Shown here one piece after another: positions 1 to 8,679 of a stretch of DNA of 47,058 nt (positions are counted from its first letter, which is position 1; every line of letters starts with the position of its first letter). Source of the DNA: a virus (lineage: Duplodnaviria; Caudoviricetes). The stretch spans positions 1-47,058 of IMG/VR virus record IMGVR_UViG_3300037212_000010, one strand, 5' to 3'. The notes beneath the pieces are model-generated. The model was not told the origin of the DNA. It saw only the letters and a list, made by a program, of their open reading frames with translations, and did no database searches. Made by a program: the position numbers and the translations under genes.

Positions 1-249
1 AATGCGGGACTGGGGAGCGCCGCCATCTCTATTGCGCCATCCGCAGCAGGAGGGACAATTACACTGTGGACGTCAAATGGTACTGGGGGAGGGATTAGCA
101 ACTGGGTAGTACTCGGTCCAGGCGGAAAACTGACCCTCTCCGGCCGTCCTATCTACGCTAACAACGCTGCAGCCCTAGCTGGCGGATTGACGGCCGGCAT
201 GACGTATCGAACAAATGGGGATCCTGATTTACTGTGTGTAGTCCACTAG
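1..249 (+). CDS. 3' end of a tail fibre/virion protein (partial)
   Basis: Frame 1 is open from base 1 to TAG at 247-249 and ends ...PIYANNAAALAGGLTAGMTYRTNGDPDLLCVVH, a C-terminal motif typical of phage fibre proteins; lies just before the lysis region. Confidence 0.6.
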   Translation, partial: NAGLGSAAISIAPSAAGGTITLWTSNGTGGGISNWVVLGPGGKLTLSGRPIYANNAAALAGGLTAGMTYRTNGDPDLLCVVH

Positions 250-329
250 TCTGAGCACCACAGTGACGCCGAAACAGCTCACGACCGAGACTGGACTGAG
301 CACCACGCGACCGGAGCAGCACAGACACC

Positions 330-905
330 ATGGGACCAGAGGCACTAAAGACACTGAGCGGTTCAGGCACTTTGGGGGCCGTGATGGCGCCCATCCTCGG
401 GCTACTCGGCGTGGTGATCGGCGTCCTCATCTGGATGCTCAAGGGGATGTTCACGCGGTGGCTTGAGGCTGACAAAGCCAAGGTCCGGGCCGATGAAGCC
501 AGGGAATCGAAGTACAACGAGTTCATGGCGGCGTTTACCAGCTCGCTGAACGCCATGACGTTGAACCTCCAGGCCACGAGAAGCGACTCTTTGGCGGCCA
601 TTCGCGACACGCAGTCGAATTTGCTCGCGGGCATTCAAGGCGTGATCAGGCTGTCACATGACGAAGCCAAGATTGAGCGCAAAGAGCTGATCGAGCAGGC
701 TGTCGAAAAGCTCAGTGGCGAAATCACAGGGGCCGCGAATTCGATCAGGAACAGCAACGAAAAGCTGGCCGCCACCTTCGAGAAGCAAATCGACGCGGCC
801 GAGAGGCAGCGGTTGCTCGAAGAGAAGCGCCGACTGCAAGAGGAGAATGACGATCTGTCCAAGCCTCACACCATCGACGACGCGGCGCCGAGGAGGGTGC
901 GATGA
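330..905 (+). CDS. Membrane protein with N-terminal TM helix and coiled coil (holin/antiholin- or spanin-like)
   Basis: Hydrophobic AVMAPILGLLGVVIGVLIWML followed by a charged helical region; stop overlaps next start (ATGA). Confidence 0.6.
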   Translation: MGPEALKTLSGSGTLGAVMAPILGLLGVVIGVLIWMLKGMFTRWLEADKAKVRADEARESKYNEFMAAFTSSLNAMTLNLQATRSDSLAAIRDTQSNLLAGIQGVIRLSHDEAKIERKELIEQAVEKLSGEITGAANSIRNSNEKLAATFEKQIDAAERQRLLEEKRRLQEENDDLSKPHTIDDAAPRRVR

Positions 906-1138
906 GCGCCGACGACATTGGCGCGATTTTGCGCAAGCTTGATGACCTCGACCGGCGGCTCGACAGCATCGATCGCGAGCACGCTGAGGACATGGAGTCT
1001 CTGCGCGCAAACCTCCGCGTGATTTCGGAATCACATCAGCGATGCACGTTCCGTTGCGAGGTCGCCAATCAAGAGTTGATCTTGGCAGCCCTCAAGTCAT
1101 CGAGTACAAACCTAACGGCAGTGAAGGACAAGGGATGA
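902..1138 (+). CDS. Small coiled-coil hypothetical protein
   Basis: ATGA-coupled on both sides; heptad-like LRKLDDLDRRLDSID. Confidence 0.65.
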   Translation: MSADDIGAILRKLDDLDRRLDSIDREHAEDMESLRANLRVISESHQRCTFRCEVANQELILAALKSSSTNLTAVKDKG

Positions 1139-1491
1139 GCGGCGAGGTCGACAAGCCTGTTGGGTGGGCCGAAGCCAAGACGCCTAAAATGCCGGTTGTG
1201 TCCGTGCCTGGCATTTCGCATTTCTCCAGAATGTCAGATCGCGAGTTGGAGTCCTACGTTCGCAAGGAGTGGACGGCCCACGCTGACGCTTGCCGGGCGC
1301 CGGGCGGGGCACTCTTTAACCTCGATCAGATGCTCATCCTACGCACAGCCGAACTCCGCGAGCTTCGGGACCACGTAGCCAGCGAGGAGCGCAGCTACGT
1401 GCAGCGCCGTTGGATCGAACTGCTGGCGACGCCAGCGGCCATTGTGGTTTGCACGCTGCTGGTGTTACTGTACTTGCGACTTCACCGTTGA
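1135..1491 (+). CDS. Hypothetical protein with C-terminal TM helix
   Basis: ATG at 1135 overlaps previous TGA; ends LLATPAAIVVCTLLVLLYLRLHR. Confidence 0.6.
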   Translation: MSGEVDKPVGWAEAKTPKMPVVSVPGISHFSRMSDRELESYVRKEWTAHADACRAPGGALFNLDQMLILRTAELRELRDHVASEERSYVQRRWIELLATPAAIVVCTLLVLLYLRLHR

Positions 1492-1505
1492 CGAAAGGCC
1501 CCCCC

Positions 1506-1838
1506 ATGAAAGCACTGCTTTCCAAGATCGTCGCGCTCATCTACCCGCCCACCAAGCTCAAGCTCCACCGGTTGATTACGCTGGTCGGGTACGCGTTTGC
1601 AGCCTCGGGCATCGCCGTCGCATGGGCGGTGAAAACGGGGCTTTCCACGCAAGGCAAGATCGGCGTGACGATCGGCTTTATCACTACGGCTCTGGCGGCA
1701 TGGAACACGCTGCGGCCGAAGCTGGACAGCGGAATCGACGTGCTCCCCATTCCAGACGGGACGACTATCACTCAGGTCGACACGGCGACGCGCACGACGA
1801 CCATCGAGACGCCACCCAAGGACAAGCCGGCGGCATGA
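1506..1838 (+). CDS. Putative holin (2 TM helices)
   Basis: GAAAGG before ATG 1506; two hydrophobic segments and a polar C-tail; lysis-region context. Confidence 0.55.
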   Translation: MKALLSKIVALIYPPTKLKLHRLITLVGYAFAASGIAVAWAVKTGLSTQGKIGVTIGFITTALAAWNTLRPKLDSGIDVLPIPDGTTITQVDTATRTTTIETPPKDKPAA

Positions 1839-2032
1839 CGACCGACCCCCTAGTCGCCGCCGCAATCAAGCGGGCCAAGGCTGTGTCCGACTTCGCCGCG
1901 GTCGAGCGCAGGCTGGCGTCTCACCGACTACGCGGTCCAAAACTGCATCGGGCAAACGTCGACTTTGTCCACGCTTCGGAGCGCCTCCACGCGGCCAACT
2001 ACAACCTCGCAACCGTCCTAGGAGAAACATGA
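1835..2032 (+). CDS. Hypothetical protein
   Basis: ATGA-coupled to both neighbours (MTTDPLVAAAIKRAK...). Confidence 0.5.
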   Translation: MTTDPLVAAAIKRAKAVSDFAAVERRLASHRLRGPKLHRANVDFVHASERLHAANYNLATVLGET

Positions 2033-2574
2033 TGAAACGACTGCTCTTCGCAATCACATTGTTCGCCCTGACCCTCATGCCGCTCGCGGCCCGTGCACAA
2101 ACGCCTACGCCCGACCCGACGCCGACCACCGTCGCGCCGCCGCTCAGCTTTTGCATCGGAGCTGGCTTCACCTGCGTGGTTCCCGACATCGGTCTCCAGA
2201 CCATCAACTACGATCTCAAGGCCAAGCAGTGGTCGGGAGGAATCACGTCCGTGGCTGCCGGCTACGCTCTGCTGTTCGCGAGCGACAAGCCCTACGCTTC
2301 CGGCGTCGCCATCCACGCGAGCTTCGATTTCAGCCAAGCCAAGCCGAGCTTCTTTGCTCCGACGTTTTCCTTGGTGGCATTCCACTACTTCGAGGCCGGG
2401 TACACGCCGGTGTTCATGAACGGCCAAATCGGGCAGCAACTCACCCTCGGCGTGAACCTGAATGCTGAAGCTATCGTCTCGCTCTTCACCGGGCAGAACA
2501 TTGCCCAGCGGTTCGCCACGGCGAAGGCTTTTGCGCGGGCGACGCAAAAGCTCGATGCTGAGTCGGGCAAGTGA
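2029..2574 (+). CDS. Exported protein with signal peptide, possibly an outer-membrane beta protein
   Basis: AGGAG RBS; MKRLLFAITLFALTLMPLAARA signal peptide; alternating aromatic/hydrophobic beta-strand-like pattern. Confidence 0.65.
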   Translation: MMKRLLFAITLFALTLMPLAARAQTPTPDPTPTTVAPPLSFCIGAGFTCVVPDIGLQTINYDLKAKQWSGGITSVAAGYALLFASDKPYASGVAIHASFDFSQAKPSFFAPTFSLVAFHYFEAGYTPVFMNGQIGQQLTLGVNLNAEAIVSLFTGQNIAQRFATAKAFARATQKLDAESGK

Positions 2575-3389
2575 GCGAGCCCCGTTGCCTTGGCTGGGTC
2601 AAGCCCAATACCGAGCAGCAGATTCGCGCGCTTCGGCGCTCTCATCCAGAGGCTGGCGATAGCATCCTCTCTGACGTTGTGCCGGCGCCAACTAGCGACC
2701 TGAGCGCAAACACGTGCAGCCTCGATCAGGGGGCGATCGGATCCTGTCAATCAAATGCCCCGGCCCAGGCTGTGTACGTGGCGATGCGTAAAGCCGCGAT
2801 GACGGCTTTCGTGCTGTCTCGTCTGTGGCTTTATCGATGCATTCGATACATCGAAGGAACGCTCGACCAGGATGCCGGCGGGAACATCGGAGACGCGTTC
2901 TCGATGCTCGCGGCGAAGGGGATCCCACCTGAGACGGTGTGGCCTTACGACATCTCGAAATTCAAGGACGATCCAGGCCCGGCCGCGGACATGGCGGCCT
3001 TCGACAGTAAGGGCAAAATTGGATTGAATTACCACCCGATCAGCTCGAAGGGCGAAGCGCTGCTTACCGACGTCGAAAAGGCGCTCACCGCTGGTTATGC
3101 TGTCGTATTTGGGTGCACGGTTTCCGAAGCGTTCTGCAGCTCGCAGCCAAGCGACACCGTCCAGGCCCCTGGCCCGACGGATGAGATTGCCGGCGGGCAC
3201 GCTCTCACGGTGATTGGTCATGACCATGCCAACCGACGATTCATCGTGAAGAATTCTTGGGGAACGTGGGGAGACCCGACGGCTCCCGATGGCTGTTTTT
3301 TCATGGCCTATTCGTACTTCATCGATTCGATGTACGGCGCGAGCGACGTCTGGATCGTGCTCGCCGTGCCGGCAGGAGTTGGACGTTAA
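2571..3389 (+). CDS. Papain-like cysteine peptidase (family C1)
   Basis: DQGAIGSC (oxyanion Q, catalytic C), GGHALTVIGHD (H) and VKNSWG (N) motifs. Confidence 0.88.
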   Translation: MSEPRCLGWVKPNTEQQIRALRRSHPEAGDSILSDVVPAPTSDLSANTCSLDQGAIGSCQSNAPAQAVYVAMRKAAMTAFVLSRLWLYRCIRYIEGTLDQDAGGNIGDAFSMLAAKGIPPETVWPYDISKFKDDPGPAADMAAFDSKGKIGLNYHPISSKGEALLTDVEKALTAGYAVVFGCTVSEAFCSSQPSDTVQAPGPTDEIAGGHALTVIGHDHANRRFIVKNSWGTWGDPTAPDGCFFMAYSYFIDSMYGASDVWIVLAVPAGVGR

Positions 3390-3904
3390 TGCAGATCAAT
3401 TTGACCCAGGGCAAGGTGGTCTTAATAGACAGATAGGATTTTGATGTAGTGGCGTCGTTCAAATGGTGCGCGTCGATACATGGCCGCACGTTTTATGCCA
3501 TGCGATCATGTCGTACAGACAATGGATCCAGCAAGTCTGAGTACATGCACCGGCTGATTTTGTCTCGCAAACTGGGTAGAACTCTCTCTAAGAGCGAGCA
3601 TGTTGACCATATCAACGGTGACGGCCTCGACAACCAGCGCAAGAATCTTCGTCCTTCAACTCGCGCGCAGAATTATAGAAACTGCCGACGAAGAGTAGGC
3701 AACTTATCGAGCAGGTACCTTGGGGTATCCTGGGACAAATCGCGTGAGAAATGGATGGCTGCGATCTGGGTCAATGGGAAAAGGATACACATTGCACGTC
3801 ATCCGAACGAAGTTGAAGCTGCCCAGGCTCGTGAGGCGTATGTCAAGGCACATCCTGAATTGCACGCTCGAACCAATTTCCCCCAACCCGAAGGGACTCT
3901 ATGA
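3389..3904 (+). pseudogene. HNH-AP2 homing endonuclease with an in-frame amber stop
   Basis: TAATG-coupled ATG 3389 reads MQINLTQGKVVLIDR*DFDVV (TAG 3434-3436); downstream HVDHINGDGLDNQRKNLR (HNH) and YLGVSWDKSREKWMA (AP2-like); visibly lower GC. Confidence 0.8.
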
Positions 3905-4164
3905 GATACATCGCCATCGTCCTTTGCCTATTCGCTTGCTGTGCGACGACGACCCCTTGCCCTACCGGCTCGTCACTTCCATGTCCAGCTCCGGCCACGT
4001 GCGCCACCGCATGCGCTCAGGGTGACGCGCTCGGCTGCGCGTGGGCCGCGCCTACTCCAATGGGCGCCACATGCCAGGCCGTGTGTGACAACGCCGCGCA
4101 GACGGTGACGTGGGACGTGAAGGCCCTCACCTCGGCGACGTCGTGCGGCCCTTTGGGGCAGTAG
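3901..4164 (+). CDS. Cys-rich putative lipoprotein (o-spanin-like or protease inhibitor-like)
   Basis: MRYIAIVLCLFAC lipobox-like start; many Cys and Pro. Confidence 0.6.
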   Translation: MRYIAIVLCLFACCATTTPCPTGSSLPCPAPATCATACAQGDALGCAWAAPTPMGATCQAVCDNAAQTVTWDVKALTSATSCGPLGQ

Positions 4165-4248
4165 CATGCCGATTCAACCCGCGCGCGCCGCTGGCCTGCC
4201 CGATGGGCGAGCTGTGCGCGCGGGGGATTTGTTTTCAGTGAGGTCGCC

Positions 4249-5139
4249 TTGAATTCGATGACGCATGAGAGCTATTCGAAGGTCACGCGCTCGCTGATCG
4301 TGCGCCACGGTTTCGCGCCGTCGGTGGTCGATCTGCTGTCGGACGCCACCACGGCGGACGAGTTCGTGACCGCGGCCGCGCTCCCCGACCTCGTGAACGA
4401 GCTGGCTTGCCAGGTGCCGGGGCTCGGGCCGCAAACGTCGATGCTCGGACACAACCTGGCGAGCCTTGAGCATTTCCAGCGCGCCGACGGCCGGGGGTAC
4501 TACTGGCCCGGCGACGAGTCGCTAACCGTGGCCGGCAGGCTCGTGGAAACTGCTGCAGCGGTCGCGCAGGCCCACGTAACCGTCAACCATACCGGCGAGC
4601 CCGCGCCGCTGGTGCCGATGCTCGATCCTCCGCCCGTGGTTGCGTCTGTGGCCTCCCAGCCTTCCGCCACGGTCTGCAGCTGCGACTTCCCGTCTGCTGC
4701 CCTGGGCGCCGCCTACTACGGCGAGGCCGCACGCCAATGGGCCGCACAGGGCAACACCGCCGGCTGGCGCCGATGCGCCGGGTACGCGCTCCATTTTGTG
4801 CAGGACTGCCTCGTGCCGCATCACGCTTGGGGATGCCTGCTCTACGGCCACGCCGCATTTGAGGACGAGCTTGAGGCCCGCTGGGCGCGCACGCTCACCG
4901 ATACCGTGGAGGCTGGTCTCGTGGGCTCCCAGCTCGCACACGCGGTATGGCGAGAGCTACACCCGCTGGATGGTGCGACCAGCCTGGACGCTCTCTGCCA
5001 GTCGCTCGCCATGGCTACCCGCGCGCACTTCGGCGGCCCGACCAACCTCGCCGAGTGCTCGGGCGACGTCGCGCTCGCCGTTTCGGTGCGTGCCGTCGCC
5101 GCGTCGGTTCGTGCGTGCGAGCTGATGACGACATCTTGA
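4249..5139 (+). CDS. Zn-dependent phospholipase C / P1-nuclease superfamily protein
   Basis: N-terminal MxxxTH, ALPD, EHF, GYALHFVQDCLVPHH and HAAFE follow the tri-zinc ligand spacing of this superfamily. Confidence 0.72.
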   Translation: MNSMTHESYSKVTRSLIVRHGFAPSVVDLLSDATTADEFVTAAALPDLVNELACQVPGLGPQTSMLGHNLASLEHFQRADGRGYYWPGDESLTVAGRLVETAAAVAQAHVTVNHTGEPAPLVPMLDPPPVVASVASQPSATVCSCDFPSAALGAAYYGEAARQWAAQGNTAGWRRCAGYALHFVQDCLVPHHAWGCLLYGHAAFEDELEARWARTLTDTVEAGLVGSQLAHAVWRELHPLDGATSLDALCQSLAMATRAHFGGPTNLAECSGDVALAVSVRAVAASVRACELMTTS

Positions 5140-5147
5140 AAGGACCA

Positions 5148-5378
5148 ATGACCAAGCCGAAGAATCACCGCCCAATCCCCAACGCCGTCCCGGCGAACAC
5201 GTGTTCTCTACGTGGCCACACCGAGGTTAGGCTTGGACGCAAGATCATCTACTACTCGACGTGCAAGGATGACCTGCCGAAGGGCGGGTGGGCGCGTGAG
5301 TGCCCGAGACCCAAGGTCGCGCGCGTGTTTCAGGGGGCCAGTGACCCGAAGATGCTCGTGAGCAAAGGAGAGGCATAG
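5148..5378 (+). CDS. Small basic hypothetical protein
   Basis: GAAAGGA RBS before ATG 5148; stop overlaps endolysin start. Confidence 0.5.
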   Translation: MTKPKNHRPIPNAVPANTCSLRGHTEVRLGRKIIYYSTCKDDLPKGGWARECPRPKVARVFQGASDPKMLVSKGEA

Positions 5379-6025
5379 TGGACATCACGCAAATGGCATG
5401 GGGGCCGGACGTCAACAGCTACCACCCGGTAAAGGACTGGCACGCGCTCGCGACCAGCGGCGCTACGTTCTTTGCAGCCAAGGCCACCGAGGGTGCTCAC
5501 ACTGTAGACCAGACTTTCCAGCGCCACCGCGACGGCGTCCGAGCCGTCGGCGCTACGTTCACGACGGTGACGTTCTATCACTTCTTTCATGCGGAGAAGT
5601 CCCCCGAGGACCAGGCCAATCTCTTCACCGATACCGTAGGTCCCCTGGCCGCCAACGAGCGTGTGTGCTGCGACTTCGAGGGCGTGAGCTATCGCAATAT
5701 GGATCCTGCGGTGATGCGCGCGCACGGGCTCGATATGCTCGAGCTCTTCTACGCGACTCTTGAGGCCAATGGGCTGCTCGCTAACCGCGGACTCATCTAC
5801 ACGAGCGCGCAGCACTGGGACGTGCTCGGAAACCCGGATTGGATGCGGGCGCCGCGGCTCGATCTTTGGGTGCCCCGCTACAACCCGCAGGGGCTTGAGC
5901 CGGACCGTCTGCCGGCGCCGTGGGAGAGATGGACCGTTTTCCAGTACAGCGACGGGAACAACGGCATCGTGCGGGATGTTCCTGGGGTGGGACTCTGCGA
6001 CTGCAACGTGCTGGCGCCATCCTAG
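5378..6025 (+). CDS. Endolysin, glycoside hydrolase family 25 muramidase
   Basis: GPDVNSYH, AKATEG, YHF, CCDFE (DxE), IYT, LWVPRY, VFQYS and VPGVGLCDCN motifs; GGAGG RBS. Confidence 0.9.
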   Translation: MDITQMAWGPDVNSYHPVKDWHALATSGATFFAAKATEGAHTVDQTFQRHRDGVRAVGATFTTVTFYHFFHAEKSPEDQANLFTDTVGPLAANERVCCDFEGVSYRNMDPAVMRAHGLDMLELFYATLEANGLLANRGLIYTSAQHWDVLGNPDWMRAPRLDLWVPRYNPQGLEPDRLPAPWERWTVFQYSDGNNGIVRDVPGVGLCDCNVLAPS

Positions 6026-6077
6026 GCCGTGCTCGACCCGTCGCATGCGTAGCGGTTGCGGCCGCGAGCCGTCGCAC

Positions 6078-6105
6078 AAAACCTGCGCAGGCGCGCAATA
6101 ATAGG
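6078..6105 (+). promoter_or_regulatory. Class-B promoter-like motif, copy 1 (AAAA-N9-GCGCRC-AAYRATARG)
   Basis: AAAA cctgcgcag GCGCGC AATAATAGG; ATG at 6108; three more copies with identical spacing. Confidence 0.6.
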
Positions 6106-6107
6106 GC

Positions 6108-6407
6108 ATGGACCAATTCATCGCCCTGTACTACGTAGCAACCCTCCTCGCCGCCTGGCGCGTCTACCGTCGATCTGCAAAGGAAGATGCCCTTCGCATC
6201 GAGCACCTGGCAGCGGCAAACCTGCGCATCTGCACCCGCAACACTGAGATGATCGTCGAGATCACTGAGCTGCTCGAGGAGCGCGAGAGCATGTTGGGCC
6301 TGGCGCATCTCCTCGAGGAGACCAACTACCGTCTCGCCTGCAAGGCTTACGGTAAAGCAGCCGTTGACGAGTCGATACGTGCGAACGGCAAGAGCGCGAA
6401 GAATTGA
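6108..6407 (+). CDS. Hypothetical protein with N-terminal TM helix
   Basis: FIALYYVATLLAAW then coiled coil; overlaps next gene. Confidence 0.6.
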   Translation: MDQFIALYYVATLLAAWRVYRRSAKEDALRIEHLAAANLRICTRNTEMIVEITELLEERESMLGLAHLLEETNYRLACKAYGKAAVDESIRANGKSAKN

Positions 6408-6778
6408 CCGTGGCGGCGACACCCTGGACAAGGACCGGTACGACCGCCCGTCTCCGACTGCTCTACGCCAACGAAGGCAAGAAGCCGAAGGAGCTCAAGA
6501 TCTACGTGCTCGTCTGCGAGGACGAAGCCGGCAAGCCGATGGAGCTAGCGATCAAGGCGGACACCGTCGGCTCGACGATCCGCGGACTCCTCGATGTGCT
6601 GGGCACCACGGCCAGCATGGCGCTCGAGCGCGGGGCATCGGTGGATGACGTGATCTGCTCCTGGCGAAACACGCAATTTGAGCCGAGCGGGCGGGTCGGG
6701 CAAGAGCGCGTCGGGAGCATCGTCGACGCCGTGGCGATGTGGCTGGCCAGCCGGTACATCCCGCCTGCGGTGCCGTAG
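6404..6778 (+). CDS. Stand-alone TSCPD-domain protein (class II RNR C-terminal/NrdJb-like)
   Basis: KIYVLV..DE.GKPMEL, GST..GLLD, SMALERGA, QFEPSG and SIVDAV..WL..RY follow the TSCPD pattern. Confidence 0.75.
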   Translation: MTVAATPWTRTGTTARLRLLYANEGKKPKELKIYVLVCEDEAGKPMELAIKADTVGSTIRGLLDVLGTTASMALERGASVDDVICSWRNTQFEPSGRVGQERVGSIVDAVAMWLASRYIPPAVP

Positions 6779-6794
6779 CGGTCGCAATCTTTTT

Positions 6795-6836
6795 AGGTGT
6801 CACCTCTTGACATAGGTAACACTTCGATACTAGAGT
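6795..6836 (+). promoter_or_regulatory. Sigma70-type promoter with palindromic operators
   Basis: TTGACA 6807-6812, 18 bp, TAGAGT 6831-6836; AGGTGTCACCT 6795-6805 and related AGGTAACACTT 6814-6824. Confidence 0.6.
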
Positions 6837-6864
6837 GGTGTCTCAACCGGGAAGGAAGACCACC

Positions 6865-7395
6865 ATGCCAAAGACCGACGTACCAGCATCCGTGCGTGCC
6901 ATCGTTGCGAACTATTCTCGCCGGGCCGCTTGGATTGAAGCGATGGAGCTGCAGCAGGAAGCCGCGCTCACGATGATCGAAGCGTCCCGCACCTGGAAGC
7001 CGGGCGGGGCACCGCTGTCCGCATATCAGGGCGCGGCCGTGGCCAAGCGGCTCAGCGTTGTCGTGGCCGAGATGTCGTCCCCGGTGCGTCCGTTCGTCGG
7101 GAAGCACCATGTGCGGGTGCAGGCCGACGGGTGCCCGGTGGAGGCGCTCGACTGTGTGGAGCAGCCGGATGCCGGTGCCGAGTGCCGCCTGGACATCCGC
7201 GAGGCGGCGCACGAAGTGTTTCGGATCCTGTGGGCCCAACCACCAGCCGCCCGGGCGGTGCTCATCGAGGAGCGTCGGGCCGGCGCCGTGGCGTCCGATC
7301 TGGGCCTGCCGGTGGCAGAAGTGTACAAGGCAACGCTGGAGGCTCGTCGCGCCCTCCGGTCGTCAGAGAGACTGCGCGCGCTCATGGAGGACTAA
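6865..7395 (+). CDS. Phage-encoded sigma70-family-like factor (regions 2 and 4, divergent)
   Basis: ELQQEAALTMIEASRTWKPGGAPLSAY resembles region 2; C-terminal HTH AGAVASDLGLPVAEVYKATLEARRALR resembles region 4; GGAAGG RBS. Confidence 0.65.
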   Translation: MPKTDVPASVRAIVANYSRRAAWIEAMELQQEAALTMIEASRTWKPGGAPLSAYQGAAVAKRLSVVVAEMSSPVRPFVGKHHVRVQADGCPVEALDCVEQPDAGAECRLDIREAAHEVFRILWAQPPAARAVLIEERRAGAVASDLGLPVAEVYKATLEARRALRSSERLRALMED

Positions 7396-7643
7396 TGGCG
7401 ACTGAACGAAAGACCGAAGCGCAGCTCATGGCCGACAAGGGCCACCTGACTGTGAACGAGACGGCAAGGGTGCTGGGAGTGAGCCGTGCGGCCGTGTACA
7501 AGCGGATGCTGGGAGGACTGGCCTTTGTGGCCATCGGGCGGCATCGGTACGTGGCGGTCAAGGCGTTGGCCAAGTGGGTCGGCAAGGACGCGGCGAAAAT
7601 TCTCGGGATTGAGACGAAAAGCCCGCGTGGCGCACAACGATAG
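7395..7643 (+). CDS. Excisionase-like winged-HTH DNA-binding protein
   Basis: TAATG-coupled; LTVNETARVLGVSRAAVYKR...IGRHRYV. Confidence 0.8.
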   Translation: MATERKTEAQLMADKGHLTVNETARVLGVSRAAVYKRMLGGLAFVAIGRHRYVAVKALAKWVGKDAAKILGIETKSPRGAQR

Positions 7644-7644
7644 G
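7617..7644 (+). promoter_or_regulatory. Class-B promoter-like motif, copy 2
   Basis: AAAA gcccgcgtg GCGCAC AACGATAGG upstream of ATG 7660. Confidence 0.6.
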
Positions 7645-7659
7645 GAAAGGGAGACCAAG

Positions 7660-8679
7660 ATGACCGAAAAGACTGAATTGGCACAAATTGTCCAGGCGGT
7701 GCAACCAGTGGCGCCAATGGTGGACTACGGGTTCGATGTCGCTCGCGTGGTGGCAATGCGCGCCGCTGCCGAGGAGGTGGTCGAGAAGGTCCTGCGCGAA
7801 AATGAGCACTACGGTGTGATTCCAGGGACCACGCAGGAGGGCAAGAAGCCGAAGAAGGTTCTTCTCTTGCCTGGTGCAGAGGTGCTCTGTCAGGTGTTCC
7901 GCCTGCGGCCTGAGTTTCACGAGATCGCCGTCGTGGAGCGCGACGACTTCATTTACTACAAGATCAAGTGCAAGCTTTTCCATTCTGTTTCTGGAGAGCT
8001 GCTCGGTGAGGCGCTCGGATCCGCCAACACGCGCGAGGAAAAGTACACGGCACAGACAGCCGCGAAACTGTGCCCAGAGTGCAAGCAGCCGACGATCTTC
8101 AGGTCCAAGAAGCGACCGGGCGACACGAGCACAACGGATCCGGGGTGGTTCTGCTGGTCGAAGAAGGGCGGGTGCGGGGCTGAATTCGCCTATGAAGACA
8201 AGAAGCTGCTCGACCAGAAGGGAACGGTAAGCGCGGACAAGGTCTGGAATTTGCACCACACAATCCTGAGCCAAGCACAGAAGAGGCCCTACGTTCGAGC
8301 GGTCCGCAACGCTACGGGAACGTCCAACCTGTTCACTGATGAGGACGTGCCGCCGGATGACGACGAGCACGGCCAGCATGGCTCGAAGCCGCACGCTCGC
8401 ACACAACCGCAGCCTTCCGCCGTGCCCAAGGCCGGCGTCACCGACGTGCAGAAGCTCACGGCGGCACTGACAGCAGCACAGATAGGGACGGCCATCGACC
8501 CGCAGCTCCCCGAGGCGGAGTACAAGGAGCTGGCCAGGAAGGCCAAGCTCGCGTGGGTCAATGGCATGTTGGAGGACTGTGGCAAAGCCAAGGTGGCTAG
8601 CGCGCTGGAGCTGACACCAGAGCAGATAAAGGACCTGATCGCGAAGGCCGAGCGAGGGCAAGTTCCACAAGGTTGGTAA
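7660..8679 (+). CDS. Putative single-strand annealing protein/recombinase with Zn-ribbon insert
   Basis: HYGVIPGT, LLLPGAEVL, GSANTREEKY and TILSQAQKRPYVRAVRNATGTSNLFTDED are motifs of a conserved phage family usually next to exonucleases; CPEC...FCW..KGGC insert. Confidence 0.6.
   Translation: MTEKTELAQIVQAVQPVAPMVDYGFDVARVVAMRAAAEEVVEKVLRENEHYGVIPGTTQEGKKPKKVLLLPGAEVLCQVFRLRPEFHEIAVVERDDFIYYKIKCKLFHSVSGELLGEALGSANTREEKYTAQTAAKLCPECKQPTIFRSKKRPGDTSTTDPGWFCWSKKGGCGAEFAYEDKKLLDQKGTVSADKVWNLHHTILSQAQKRPYVRAVRNATGTSNLFTDEDVPPDDDEHGQHGSKPHARTQPQPSAVPKAGVTDVQKLTAALTAAQIGTAIDPQLPEAEYKELARKAKLAWVNGMLEDCGKAKVASALELTPEQIKDLIAKAERGQVPQGW

Noticed and set aside
251-306. Direct repeat CTGAGCACCAC at 251-261 and 296-306
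   Set aside because: Only two 11-bp copies and no other support; may be chance or a minor operator
3434-3436. Genome-wide TAG recoding or a suppressor tRNA
   Set aside because: TAG ends many other genes (e.g. 249, 6025, 29487, 34922) and the tRNA-like RNA has no CUA anticodon
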